Assembly (NCBI GenBank): GCA_039815185.1
Contig: JBCBZT010000021.1
Location: 32,001-96,000 of the forward strand
DNA length: 64,000 nucleotides
Source: Cyanobacteria bacterium P01_A01_bin.123
GTDB taxonomy: Bacteria; Cyanobacteriota; Cyanobacteriia; Phormidesmidales; Phormidesmidaceae
Direction: 5' to 3'
Shown here in pieces: positions 38,448 through 47,896 of this stretch (position 1 is the first letter of the stretch; each line of letters begins with the position of its first letter). Under the pieces are notes generated by a model that saw only the letters and a list, made by a program, of their open reading frames with translations, was not told the origin of the DNA and made no database searches. Made by a program: the position numbers and the translations under genes.

Positions 38448-38680
38448 ACGGAGTCAAATTTGGCATTGGTAGTGGTTCCTTGCAACCGATACAGAACATC
38501 AGTGGGAGGCCCAAACCTACTGGCCGATTCATCCGCAAGATCGAGACTTTCCACCCCCGGTTCCCACCTATACCTCGCGCTATCTGGGGGCAGTGGCTGT
38601 GCTTTGGACGCTGAATTACCTCCATGAGGCTCAAGCTATTTCCCTCAGCCTTGATCCGGCAGCGTTAATGCTTTTCAGGT

Positions 38681-38983
38681 TCAAATGAGTGCGTTGAGCC
38701 GTTGAACGATAGGGTTTGAAATTTGGGATTGGATATGGCGATACGTTTGTACAATTTCGCTGACAACCCGATCTTCTACCTCAGCTGCCTGCTCACGAGA
38801 AGCATAGGATCGATAAAGCTCAGGATTCGTATCTGCATTGAATAGTGTTTCAGTGATGTCCTTAAACAGGATTTCATCTATCGGTGTTCCGATGTCAACC
38901 CATGCCGCCGCATCTTGGAGCCTCAATATTGCCTTGTGGCGAATGAACATGCGAACCGGATAATCGCCGTTGCGCGGCTTCAT
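38681..38983 (-). CDS. Small hypothetical protein, paralog of 40973..41278
   Basis: The C-terminal 68 aa align without gaps to the 40973..41278 product (24 identities by manual count). Confidence 0.75.
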   Translation of the reverse strand: MKPRNGDYPVRMFIRHKAILRLQDAAAWVDIGTPIDEILFKDITETLFNADTNPELYRSYASREQAAEVEDRVVSEIVQTYRHIQSQISNPIVQRLNALI

Positions 38984-39087
38984 AACGTGCCTTTGAATTC
39001 TTAAGAAAATATTAAAGCATTCATCTTAATCCTTGCAAACCGTGCAAATCTGATTCGCTAGCGACTGCCCAAGCTGCGATCAGTGAA

Positions 39088-39105
39088 ATTACCCAGGGGG
39101 GTAAT
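39088..39105. promoter_or_regulatory. Palindromic putative transcription-factor site in a divergent promoter
   Basis: ATTACCC-AGGG-GGGTAAT. Confidence 0.5.
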
Positions 39106-39240
39106 GCTGACTCAGAGTTGGGGTTGCCATTATGGGAACGTAGCAAGCCAAAAAGCCCATATCAAAGAGTTAAAGGCTTATGTGTGAGGGCTTTTAGGGC
39201 TTGCCGCACAGACCAAATACGAGAAAAGGATAATTGACTT

Positions 39241-39771
39241 ATGAACCCTGCAATTCCTGTAAGCGGCGCTCAAGCTGACTCTCTGCAATCTAGCAGTGAG
39301 CTGTACACCAAGAACATCTTGGGTCCCTCTTGGTTTGAGTTGTATGACCTGCGCGCTGAAGGCAGTGCTGGCAATCCCCTACCTCCAGTGCAAGTGGGGC
39401 CTGCTCAGTCTCCTTATGTGATCGCTTCTAACGAAGAGTTCACCATGAGTGTGAAAGTTCGCTTCAACCAGTCTCCGCTCACCGCTTTGCTAATGTGCCT
39501 CGGCACCGAAGTGAAGATTAACTTCCACTACGAAGGTTTCGGTGGCAACGCAGTTGAAATCGATCTCTCCGAGACGATCACGACTGAGAAGGACAAGTAC
39601 GAATACATCGTCAGTATCACCACTACCCCTGATGCTGCGGGTCTAAATGCCGGCCTGTTTGAATTGGCTGCAACCGCTCAAGTTGGCCCTGGCCAGAACG
39701 AGTGCGCTCAGCACGTCTTCGGCTACGGCTACATCCAAGAGTTCTTGCTTCAGGTTTACCAAGCTATCTAA
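39241..39771 (+). CDS. Hypothetical beta-rich protein, probably highly expressed
   Basis: 176 aa with an AAGGA RBS, marked preference for TTC/TAC/AAC/ATC codons, and alternating beta-strand patterns. Confidence 0.85.
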   Translation: MNPAIPVSGAQADSLQSSSELYTKNILGPSWFELYDLRAEGSAGNPLPPVQVGPAQSPYVIASNEEFTMSVKVRFNQSPLTALLMCLGTEVKINFHYEGFGGNAVEIDLSETITTEKDKYEYIVSITTTPDAAGLNAGLFELAATAQVGPGQNECAQHVFGYGYIQEFLLQVYQAI

Positions 39772-39790
39772 GCCTAAATAAACCTGTCGT

Positions 39791-39867
39791 CGGTGGCCCT
39801 CCTTAGGGCCGCCGTCAAGTAGCTAACGATTGGTTGCTGGCAGGCTTCGACCTGCCAGCTTATTCTC
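39791..39867 (+). terminator. Two tandem hairpins between 39771 and 39878
   Basis: CGGTGGCCCT-CCTT-AGGGCCGCCG and GCTGGCAGG-CTTCGA-CCTGCCAGC-TTATTCT. Confidence 0.65.
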
Positions 39868-39877
39868 TAGAGGTGTC

Positions 39878-40894
39878 ATGATGGCTCACGCAGACGCATA
39901 CCCGTTCCACCCAGCGAATCCAAACCAGGAACTTAAGGTGATTCGAGGTATTGGCCCAGCTAAACAACGATGGCTTAATGCCTTGGGCGTTGATACAGTT
40001 GCAGACCTAGCCCGTTGTCAGCCCCAAACGTTGATCGAACAACTCACCGCGCGCAATCATCGCACCTCTCTAGAAGACGTGAAAGCTTGGATTAATCGGG
40101 CACAAGCCCTTGAGTCTGCCACAGGATCGACTCAAAGGCCTGCCGCCAACTCAACTGCGCCGAGTATTGCCAACGCAATGCCTGACATGGACGGTGCCCA
40201 AACTGGAGTACGCCCCAAAACCCTGCCTCTCTTAAAAAACGATTCTCCGGTTGAAAATGGGCGATCGCTGGCGACATTTCAAGTCGAATTGGTAGCTCAT
40301 CAAGCTGATGAGGAAGAAATTCTGGAAACGCGTGTTTACCACGGGAAAAGTGATGACGCTGAGACTTGGGAGGGGTTAGCCGATGAAGCGTTACAACAAT
40401 GGATGATCGCGCACGTCAACGCACCGAAAGACCCTACGGATATCCCTCCAGTACCAACGGACGATAAACTCTTGGCCACTGTCAAGCTGCCACAACTCTC
40501 ATTGCACCAGGATATCTCGTCTCACCCATCAATGATAGTCGTTGAACCTCGTTATCCTTTTTTGTCGAGCGCGATCGCGTCTGGTCAACCCTTTAACTTG
40601 CAGTTGGCGTTTCAACTGACTGATTTAGAACACTTAGAGCACCCTGACTTACCCACAGAATCGATTCAATATCGTATTCAGGTCAAGGCATCTCATCTAG
40701 AAACCCAACAAACCACAATGCTGACGGATCAAAAAGCCAGCCTGGTTTATGACACGCCAGAAGCAACTTACTTAAACTCACCTGCATTAGTCTTGCCTGC
40801 TCCTGGCATTTACCGACTCAAGGTAAGTGTCACTGTCCTAAATCTGCCGTCAACCCCCGGACGGTTTATTCTGCCTTTGGTTCAAGCCGCATAA
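39878..40894 (+). CDS. Helix-hairpin-helix (DUF4332-like) protein with C-terminal beta domain
   Basis: LKVIRGIGPAKQRWLNALGVDTVADLA...WINRAQ HhH motif; AGAGGT RBS before ATG 39878. Confidence 0.8.
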   Translation: MMAHADAYPFHPANPNQELKVIRGIGPAKQRWLNALGVDTVADLARCQPQTLIEQLTARNHRTSLEDVKAWINRAQALESATGSTQRPAANSTAPSIANAMPDMDGAQTGVRPKTLPLLKNDSPVENGRSLATFQVELVAHQADEEEILETRVYHGKSDDAETWEGLADEALQQWMIAHVNAPKDPTDIPPVPTDDKLLATVKLPQLSLHQDISSHPSMIVVEPRYPFLSSAIASGQPFNLQLAFQLTDLEHLEHPDLPTESIQYRIQVKASHLETQQTTMLTDQKASLVYDTPEATYLNSPALVLPAPGIYRLKVSVTVLNLPSTPGRFILPLVQAA

Positions 40895-40972
40895 GTTCAG
40901 TCTTTTAACGTTTGAGTCAATTCCAAAGACTCGGTATAATCTGCTGAATCGTTGCTTTCTTAAGGAAAGATT

Positions 40973-41278
40973 ATGAAGTCGATCAGCGCTATGCCGATGA
41001 AAGCTGTTGTGTGCTGCAGGGTCAAGCAGGCTTTGCTTAAAGATTTTGAGCCTGATATTCAAAGCTGGCCAGCCCCTTTTGATGATCAATTGATCAAAGA
41101 ACTCACGACAACGCTGTATCAATCAGACGACTACCGTAACCGCTATGCAACCTGCACTTCAAAGGCAGCAGCGGCAGCGATCGCAGCAGATATGGTCACT
41201 GATATTGCCGCTACCTATCGGGAGATCGAAGCCCGCAAGCAGAATGAGCAGATCCAGCAACTCAATGACTTGATTTAG
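40973..41278 (+). CDS. Small hypothetical protein, paralog of 38681..38983
   Basis: Shared pattern P.D..L.K..T.TL, TYR.I and Q.LN.LI*. Confidence 0.75.
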   Translation: MKSISAMPMKAVVCCRVKQALLKDFEPDIQSWPAPFDDQLIKELTTTLYQSDDYRNRYATCTSKAAAAAIAADMVTDIAATYREIEARKQNEQIQQLNDLI

Positions 41279-41406
41279 TCATCAGAGATCCCAATTATTC
41301 GGTTTTAGTTGCCGGATTATCCGATTTTTTGAGCAGTCCATGCCAGGATGCTGCTATGGGTGTTGAATACGCCCTAATTTAGGTTGGCCTGATTTCTGGG
41401 GATGCT

Positions 41407-42672
41407 ATGGTTGCGCTACTTTCACCTTTAATCATTGACCACAACCGTCTGGATGAGCGGATTCAGCGGCTGGCTAAAATTGGTCGCCAACCCAATGGCA
41501 GCATTCGTCGGTTGGCCTTCACGCCAGAAATTGTGCGGGCGCGATATTTGGTGCAGCAGTGGATGGTGGAAGCCGGTATGGGTGTCCATGTTGATGCGGC
41601 AGGCAACTTGATTGGACGTTACGAGGGCACCGATCCGACTGCGCCAGCTTTAGCCACCGGGTCGCACATTGATACTGTCCCTTCGGGCGGCAAATTTGAC
41701 GGGGTATTGGGGGTGCTCGCAGGGATTGAGGCGGTGCAAATGCTGCGGCAAACTCAGCAGCGCCTCACCCACCCGCTTGAAGTGATTATTTTCACCGATG
41801 AAGAAAATACGATGATTGGCGCGCAGGCGATCGCGGGTACGGCCTATACCCAAGATCCAGAACGCTATCGATCCAAAGCGGGAGAATCGATCCAAGACTG
41901 TTTAGAGTTAATCGGCGGTAATTGGGATGAGTTGGCAACTGCCCAGCGATCGCGGGCTGATATGGCTGCTTTTATTGAACTGCATGTAGAGCAGGGAGCG
42001 GTCTTAGAGCACTACCAAAAAGAAATTGGCGTGGTGCAGGGCGTTGTCGGCATGCAGCGCAAAATCATTACCATCACCGGGCAGGCTAACCATGCGGGCA
42101 CGACGCCCATGGACATGCGTCAAGATGCCCTGGTGACCGCCGCTGAAATTGTGTTGGCAGTGCGCGATCTGGCCCATGATTTTCCCAAGAGTCAACCCGT
42201 CGCGACGGTGGGTCATTTAGATGTTCTCCCTAATGCCGTCAATATTGTGCCCGGTCGGGTCGAGTTGTCAGTAGACATGCGGGATTTGTCTGAAGCCTGC
42301 CTGCATGAGATGGTGAGTCGTTTGGAAGCAAAAATCGATGCGATCGCTGCCAAAAATCGCACGCCTGTCCAGATCAATCCTGTGCTTTGTGTTGAACCCA
42401 CCCTTGCTGCCCCTCAAATTCAGACCACGATTGAAGGCATCTGCCAAAGGTTAAATCTAAGCTACTGTTCGCTACCGAGTCGTGCCGGACACGATGCCCT
42501 GGAGATGGGACGGATTACGGATATGGGGATGATTTTTGTGCCGAGTCAGCACGGTATCAGCCACTCTGAAGCAGAGTATACGTCGCCGGAGCAATGTACG
42601 GCTGGGGCTAATGTTTTGCTACAAACGTTTTTGGAATTGGACAAGCTGTATGCGGCCAATCTTAGGTTTTAG
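41407..42672 (+). CDS. Zn-dependent amidohydrolase, M20 family (allantoate amidohydrolase / N-carbamoyl-amino acid hydrolase type)
   Basis: GSHIDTVPSGGKFDG, DEE, ELHVEQG, NHAGTTPM, AGHDA and GISH. Confidence 0.9.
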   Translation: MVALLSPLIIDHNRLDERIQRLAKIGRQPNGSIRRLAFTPEIVRARYLVQQWMVEAGMGVHVDAAGNLIGRYEGTDPTAPALATGSHIDTVPSGGKFDGVLGVLAGIEAVQMLRQTQQRLTHPLEVIIFTDEENTMIGAQAIAGTAYTQDPERYRSKAGESIQDCLELIGGNWDELATAQRSRADMAAFIELHVEQGAVLEHYQKEIGVVQGVVGMQRKIITITGQANHAGTTPMDMRQDALVTAAEIVLAVRDLAHDFPKSQPVATVGHLDVLPNAVNIVPGRVELSVDMRDLSEACLHEMVSRLEAKIDAIAAKNRTPVQINPVLCVEPTLAAPQIQTTIEGICQRLNLSYCSLPSRAGHDALEMGRITDMGMIFVPSQHGISHSEAEYTSPEQCTAGANVLLQTFLELDKLYAANLRF

Positions 42673-42760
42673 CCTCCGGCGTCAGCTCAGTCGAATACTA
42701 AACTAGAAGTAGGCACACTTCCCTAATAACCCTGCCTTTGCCGCTCCCAGTAGAGCCCCC

Positions 42761-43600
42761 ATGGCCTTCATCAACCCCAAAACTGACTTTGCCTTCAAGA
42801 AGATCTTTGGCTCCCCCCAAAGTCAGCCCGTGTTGATTAGTTTTCTCAATGGCCTGCTTTACGACGGCACAGACACCGTTCAATCCTTAGATATCCTCAA
42901 TCCCTATCAGGCTCCCCGCATCCGGGGCATGAAAGATACCTATCTCGATGTCAAAGCGCTGCTCAATGACGGCACCAGCGTGATTATCGAAATGCAGGTG
43001 TTGAATGTCGAAGGCTTTGAAAAGCGGATTCTCTACAACGCCGCTAAGACCTATTCCACTCAGCTGGGTAGTGGCGATGACTACACCCTGCTCAATCCAG
43101 TGATTGCCTTGACCATCACTGATTTTGTCATGTTTGAGGAGCTTGAGGGCTATCGTTCTTGCTTTGTGCTCAAGGAAAAGGATTTTTTAATTGACTACTC
43201 CAGCTATGACCTAGAACTGGTATTTGTGGAGCTACCTAAGTTTGAACAGTCGCTGGGACAACTCAGAAGCCTGATGGAGCGGTGGTTGTTTTTCCTCAAA
43301 AATGCTAAACAACTGCAAGCAATTCCCGATGAGATGAACGATGTCCCGGCCCTGCGACAAGCCTTTGAGTTTGCCAATCAGGCAAATCTGTCACCGGAGG
43401 AGTTGGAGGATTTAGAACATCAGGAGATATTTATCCATGACCAGCGCAATGCGATTAAGCGGGCCTTAAATCAAGGGTTGGAGCAAGGGCGAGAAGAAGG
43501 GATTCGGCAGGTTGCTAAACAGATGAAGGCTGCTGGTATGGCGATCGCTCAAATTGCCCAAATCACGGATTTATCTGCTGAGGACATTGAGGAGCTGTGA
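42761..43600 (+). CDS. Rpn family PD-(D/E)XK nuclease / putative transposase
   Basis: NPKTDFAFKKIFG, LDVKA, IIEMQV, VELPKF and C-terminal QGLEQGREEG...IAQITDLS. Confidence 0.9.
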   Translation: MAFINPKTDFAFKKIFGSPQSQPVLISFLNGLLYDGTDTVQSLDILNPYQAPRIRGMKDTYLDVKALLNDGTSVIIEMQVLNVEGFEKRILYNAAKTYSTQLGSGDDYTLLNPVIALTITDFVMFEELEGYRSCFVLKEKDFLIDYSSYDLELVFVELPKFEQSLGQLRSLMERWLFFLKNAKQLQAIPDEMNDVPALRQAFEFANQANLSPEELEDLEHQEIFIHDQRNAIKRALNQGLEQGREEGIRQVAKQMKAAGMAIAQIAQITDLSAEDIEEL

Positions 43601-43606
43601 TTCGAT

Positions 43607-43663
43607 CTGCGATCGCGTCCTTTAATACAAGCCAATAAACCTGCGATCGCGTCCTTCCATACA
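43607..43663. repeat. Two 23-bp HIP1-containing direct repeats
   Basis: CTGCGATCGCGTCCTTTAATACA (43607-43629) and CTGCGATCGCGTCCTTCCATACA (43641-43663). Confidence 0.8.
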
Positions 43664-43701
43664 GAATCTCGCCCTCTTGCCACCAACCTCATCAATCTGA
43701 A

Positions 43702-43890
43702 TTAACCAGCCTGTTTACCACGCATCCATCGATAACCGACAAACACTAAAGCTGCTGACACTACAATTGCGGGCAAAGGATTCCTCCCTTGGGTTTCAGG
43801 CAATCTCTCAATGAAAAGGTTGTAGAAAATCCAACCTGCGAGACCTAGCCCCAATAGGAATATGATCAAACCCAGAATACGCCTAACCAT
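43702..43890 (-). CDS. Small two-TM membrane protein
   Basis: 62 aa with two hydrophobic helices and an AGGAG RBS. Confidence 0.7.
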   Translation of the reverse strand: MVRRILGLIIFLLGLGLAGWIFYNLFIERLPETQGRNPLPAIVVSAALVFVGYRWMRGKQAG

Positions 43891-43992
43891 TTTCTCCTAG
43901 AAGTAGAAGGGTTGCTCCAACTTTATCCTAAGTTCTTGTACGGATTGGGGCGATTGAGTTGGCAGGAGATTAGCGCCATGTTTGGAATCAGT

Positions 43993-44307
43993 TCAAGCCT
44001 CTAGTAAATTTTTCAAGCGCTTTAGCACACGCAGCACAGCATACAAGTCATTGCTGCGGTTAAGCAGTGAAAACAAGTGAGATGTTGTATATTGAGGGGT
44101 CTGATAAGATGCAAGCTTAAGAAATAAAAACTCGCTGCCGTTTAGAATAAGACCAAAAGTTGGCTTCTCCGAATCTGGAGTTGCCAGCATATAAGCCAAA
44201 GCCTGGGGAATTGCCTTAGTGATTGAAAACTCCGAATTCTTAGCTTCAATGACTGTGACCCACAATTGCCGTTGAATCACCACCACATGAATAGCACCTT
44301 GAATCAC
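43993..44307 (-). pseudogene. 5'-truncated HsdR-N-like (restriction endonuclease fold) gene
   Basis: IQGAIHVVVI...VIEAK...AIPQALAYM...FGLILNGSEFLF. The N-terminal half is missing and the usual G.ID acidic residue is replaced by His. Confidence 0.65.
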
Positions 44308-44377
44308 ATTTGACGTGTCTAGCTGCGATCGTTTGCGTCATGTTTGAATCTGAAGCAGACTAATGTGTTTATTTTAC

Positions 44378-45301
44378 TCAACCCGTAACTTCAGAAATTG
44401 AAGAGGCTCTGCAAGTTGATTTCAGTGTTTCTAGAAACGTAAATGTGGCGGGTAAATGCAGAGCGTCTTTCAAAACTGCACAGCCATTAATGCGCTCTAA
44501 GGGCACGGGTAACGGAAAAACCTGAAAATCGCTCACAAAAGACTCAATTTCATAGCCGTGCATCACAGTCCCTCCCAATCCCTGCCTCACCATGCCCAAA
44601 ATCGTTGACGCTTCACGCACTTCGTATGATGCAATTTGAATCGAGTGTTGGTGATGGTCAAAATGCTGGATGATCATCCGGTCACAGCAGTCTTTCTCTG
44701 GGGAAAGAATCATGGGATATTGGGCGATTTCTTCCCAACTGAGATGAGTCCCTGCGTGACTTGAATCAGGTGGAAGAATTACCAAAAACTCATCCCGAAA
44801 CAGTTCCCAAGTTTCTAATTCTGGTGAAGAAGGTAAATGGAGCAACCCAATGTCAGCTTGTTTGGTTTGTAGTACTTGTTCAACCTCATCCTGACAGGTA
44901 CATTCCACCAGAGACACTGTGATGGACGGAAACTGCTGGCTAAATTGGGCGATCGCTTGGGGTAAAAAAGACGTGGCTAAACTTCTAAATGTCGCCACCC
45001 GCACACTGCCACCGGCAAGCCCACGCACCAAATCAGCTTCTTGTGTCGCCTGATCCAAAGCTGCCAGAATCGTCCGCGCTTGAATTAGAATGCGTTTGCC
45101 CACAGGCGTTAGCTGAGCGCCATGTCGTCCTCGGAAGAAAAGGCTGATACCCAGTTCTGCTTCTAAACCAGCGATCGCATGGCTAATAGATGACTGAGAC
45201 AGATCTAACTCATCCGCAGCCCGACTAAAGCTTTGATAGTCTGCTACTGCAACCAAAGCTTTGATTTGGGAGAGTTTAAGTCTGTCTGAATGACGCCCCA
45301 T
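44378..45301 (-). CDS. LysR family transcriptional regulator
   Basis: SFSRAADELDLSQSSISHAIAGLEAELG; resembles 22717..23598. Confidence 0.93.
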   Translation of the reverse strand: MGRHSDRLKLSQIKALVAVADYQSFSRAADELDLSQSSISHAIAGLEAELGISLFFRGRHGAQLTPVGKRILIQARTILAALDQATQEADLVRGLAGGSVRVATFRSLATSFLPQAIAQFSQQFPSITVSLVECTCQDEVEQVLQTKQADIGLLHLPSSPELETWELFRDEFLVILPPDSSHAGTHLSWEEIAQYPMILSPEKDCCDRMIIQHFDHHQHSIQIASYEVREASTILGMVRQGLGGTVMHGYEIESFVSDFQVFPLPVPLERINGCAVLKDALHLPATFTFLETLKSTCRASSISEVTG

Positions 45302-45396
45302 ACTGATTCATCCAGTGACAAAGGTCAAGAGCTTGTCCAATTGATATATCCCAGGCAGAATCTGGGATATATCAAAGCGTTCAGGAGGCGATCGCG

Positions 45397-45816
45397 CTAC
45401 TCCTCAATTTTGACCGAGACAATCTTATCGCCTTGGCTAATGGCGTTGACTACATCCATGTCTTCAGTTTTACCAAACACCGTGTGTACCCCGTCCAAAT
45501 GAGGCTGGGGCGCATGGCAAATAAAGAACTGACTTCCCCCCGTATCGCGCCCAGCATGGGCCATTGAGAGGGTTCCGGCCTCATGCTTATTGGGGTTGAT
45601 TTCGCACTTGATCGTGTAACCCGGGCCACCCCGTCCTGAGCCTTCGGGGCAACCGCCCTGAACCATAAAATTGGAAATCACCCGGTGAAAATTTAAACCG
45701 TCGTAAAAGCCTGACTGCGAGAGTTTGACGAAATTCTCTACGGTTTTGGGCGCATCTTGGTCAAAGAGCTCTAGATTAATCGTCCCCTTTTCCGTTTCCA
45801 TCACTGCACGAGTCAT
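45397..45816 (-). CDS. Cyclophilin-type peptidyl-prolyl isomerase
   Basis: [30 protein letters not shown] and [10 protein letters not shown]. Confidence 0.96.
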   Translation of the reverse strand: MTRAVMETEKGTINLELFDQDAPKTVENFVKLSQSGFYDGLNFHRVISNFMVQGGCPEGSGRGGPGYTIKCEINPNKHEAGTLSMAHAGRDTGGSQFFICHAPQPHLDGVHTVFGKTEDMDVVNAISQGDKIVSVKIEE

Positions 45817-45876
45817 AGGTACTCCTGTTTCTAAATCTATCTATCCGTTCACCATTGACGCATGAAACGCCAAAGA

Positions 45877-46839
45877 TTAACGATTTTTTGGCAGTTTCTT
45901 TTTGGTCGCCTTGGTCGTCGCCACCGCTTTCGGGTAGACCTTAAATTTATCCATTGCCTGACTGGCCGCTGCAACCACCGCCATATCAGAATCACGCAGT
46001 GCCCGTTTGAGCAACGGGATCACCTGACGCGATCGCGTTTCGGCCAAAGCTTCCACTGCTGACAGCCTCACAGCGGGATCACTATCTTGACAAAGCTTGG
46101 CTAATAATGGCATCGCCTTCTTGGTTTCTGCCCGCAAGGGTTGCTTTAAGACGGCTTTGCAGGCGACAGCAATCTGTTGCCGTTTGGCACTATCGGGTTC
46201 GGTGCCCTCACGCATCATTTGAGAAAATGCAGGCAAGGTCAATGATGTTGCAGACGTTGTTACAACAGGGACTGACTGAGCTGCAGAAACAACCGGAACC
46301 TCTGAAGCAATATCGTCAGGAGTAATATCGTCAGGGTTGGCTTGAGCCGCTCCAGCTCCAGCGCTAATTGGCGAACCAGTGTCAGTACTGGGGGGAGTAG
46401 GTGTGGCGATCGCAGCGTCAACTGGTGCAGCGGTAATAACTGCATTACGATTGGAGTCAACCTGGTGTTGGAGGCTTTCAATTTCTGTCTTTAAGGTCAT
46501 GACTTCAGCATGTGAGGCAGTTACCTCAGCCTTTAAGGTCACAACTTCAGCCTTGGAAGCAGTGGCCCTAGCCTTCAAGGTGGAGACTTCATCGTGATGG
46601 GTTTTCTGCGTTTGTGCCTGGGCGTCTGCAATCCCTTGGGTTAAACGTTGGTCATAATCCTGCTGGAGCTGGCGCGTCGCGTCTTGGAGACGTTTGTTGT
46701 GTTCTTGTTCCAGTTGTTGAATGCGGGTGCGACTCCGTTGCAGTGCTTCGTTCTTTTCGACAATTTGGGACTGCGACCAGAAATAAACCAGCAGCGCCGC
46801 AAGCAGGCAGCCAACAATCAACCCAATGATAAACGCCAT
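45877..46839 (-). CDS. Membrane-anchored coiled-coil protein with C-terminal HEAT repeats
   Basis: N-terminal TM helix, heptad repeats (EVxTLKAE), and HEAT motifs DSDPAVRLSAVEALA and DSDMAVVAAA. Confidence 0.8.
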   Translation of the reverse strand: MAFIIGLIVGCLLAALLVYFWSQSQIVEKNEALQRSRTRIQQLEQEHNKRLQDATRQLQQDYDQRLTQGIADAQAQTQKTHHDEVSTLKARATASKAEVVTLKAEVTASHAEVMTLKTEIESLQHQVDSNRNAVITAAPVDAAIATPTPPSTDTGSPISAGAGAAQANPDDITPDDIASEVPVVSAAQSVPVVTTSATSLTLPAFSQMMREGTEPDSAKRQQIAVACKAVLKQPLRAETKKAMPLLAKLCQDSDPAVRLSAVEALAETRSRQVIPLLKRALRDSDMAVVAAASQAMDKFKVYPKAVATTKATKKKLPKNR

Positions 46840-47123
46840 AAGTCACCTCTAAAATCTACAACGCTCCATGGCAGATGTGTCTCAGCGCTCGATGGCAGAT
46901 AGCCTGATTGTCCGTAAGCTATGTTAATCAAGCCGAGACAACGCATTGAGCCTTGTAACGGGTACGTCAGGCTGCGCCATGACACTACAGCGTCGCCTAT
47001 TAATGGCTACCGACTTAGCGCATAATGCAGAGTGCTATCAAACACTGCGGTCTATCTAGTTTGCCAGAGTTGAGGCGAGACTGACCTTGTCAATGCCCAT
47101 AACTTCAAGCTTCGCTACATTTT

Positions 47124-47762
47124 TCAATCGACGACTTGAGACTGTTTGACCACATCCACTCGGGTTTCATATTCTGCTTCCAGTTCGGCGAGACGTAGGG
47201 CAAATTGGTCTTGGTAATGCTCAATGGTTTTAGCCAACTGTTGGTTATAGTCTTGCTTAAGCTGGGATTGCTTCGCTTGAATTTGCGCCAATTTATTGGC
47301 GTAGCGCTTTTCATAGAGTTTCTGGAGACGATGGGCAACTTCTTTGAGCCGTTGGTTGTACTCTTCCTCAAGCGCTTTAACCTCAGGAGATAATGACGCT
47401 GGAGGGTGCTCAGTTTGGGCAAGCTGATCTGAACCCGTAACTGCGATCGCAGGATTAGCTGCATCATGGTTCATCCCCAAAACAGATATGCGGGCTTCAT
47501 ATTCTTCCTGGAGCTGAGCATTACGCAGGGCAAGCTGATCTTGATAGTGCTCAATGGTTTCGGTCAGGCGGGCTTCATAGTTTTGCCGCAAACGCTTCGT
47601 TGCCGAAGCCAAATGCTGATCATGACTTTTTGAAAGTTGTTGATTTTTATATTGAGCTTGCCTGAGCAAGGCTTTTTGACGACGATTTTGCTGCTGTTGC
47701 CACCCGTAAATTAAGGCTGCTACGACCAGTCCAATGAGCAATCCAATCAGTAGCCACGCCAT
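47124..47762 (-). CDS. Membrane-anchored coiled-coil protein with internal duplication
   Basis: N-terminal TM helix; TIEHYQDQ(L/F)ALR..L..EYE.R occurs twice. Confidence 0.8.
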   Translation of the reverse strand: MAWLLIGLLIGLVVAALIYGWQQQQNRRQKALLRQAQYKNQQLSKSHDQHLASATKRLRQNYEARLTETIEHYQDQLALRNAQLQEEYEARISVLGMNHDAANPAIAVTGSDQLAQTEHPPASLSPEVKALEEEYNQRLKEVAHRLQKLYEKRYANKLAQIQAKQSQLKQDYNQQLAKTIEHYQDQFALRLAELEAEYETRVDVVKQSQVVD

Positions 47763-47836
47763 AAGCTCTATCCTCAGCCGATAATTGCCAGAATCATATC
47801 AAAGACTTTGGCAATGCGGAGAATCACGCGGCTGAT

Positions 47837-47867
47837 TGGGGGTGCATCACTAAACTATGCACCCCCA
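47837..47867. terminator. Hairpin downstream of map
   Basis: TGGGGGTGCAT / ATGCACCCCCA. Confidence 0.65.
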
Positions 47868-47896
47868 TATCACGATGCCCCAATATCACACCGAGC

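Noticed and set aside
38431..38634. 67-aa ORF after cobQ
   Set aside because: No RBS or recognisable motif, and it overlaps the cobQ end; likely spurious.
43607..43663. Possible mini CRISPR array
   Set aside because: Only two repeats with an 11-nt spacer, built on HIP1, and no cas genes.
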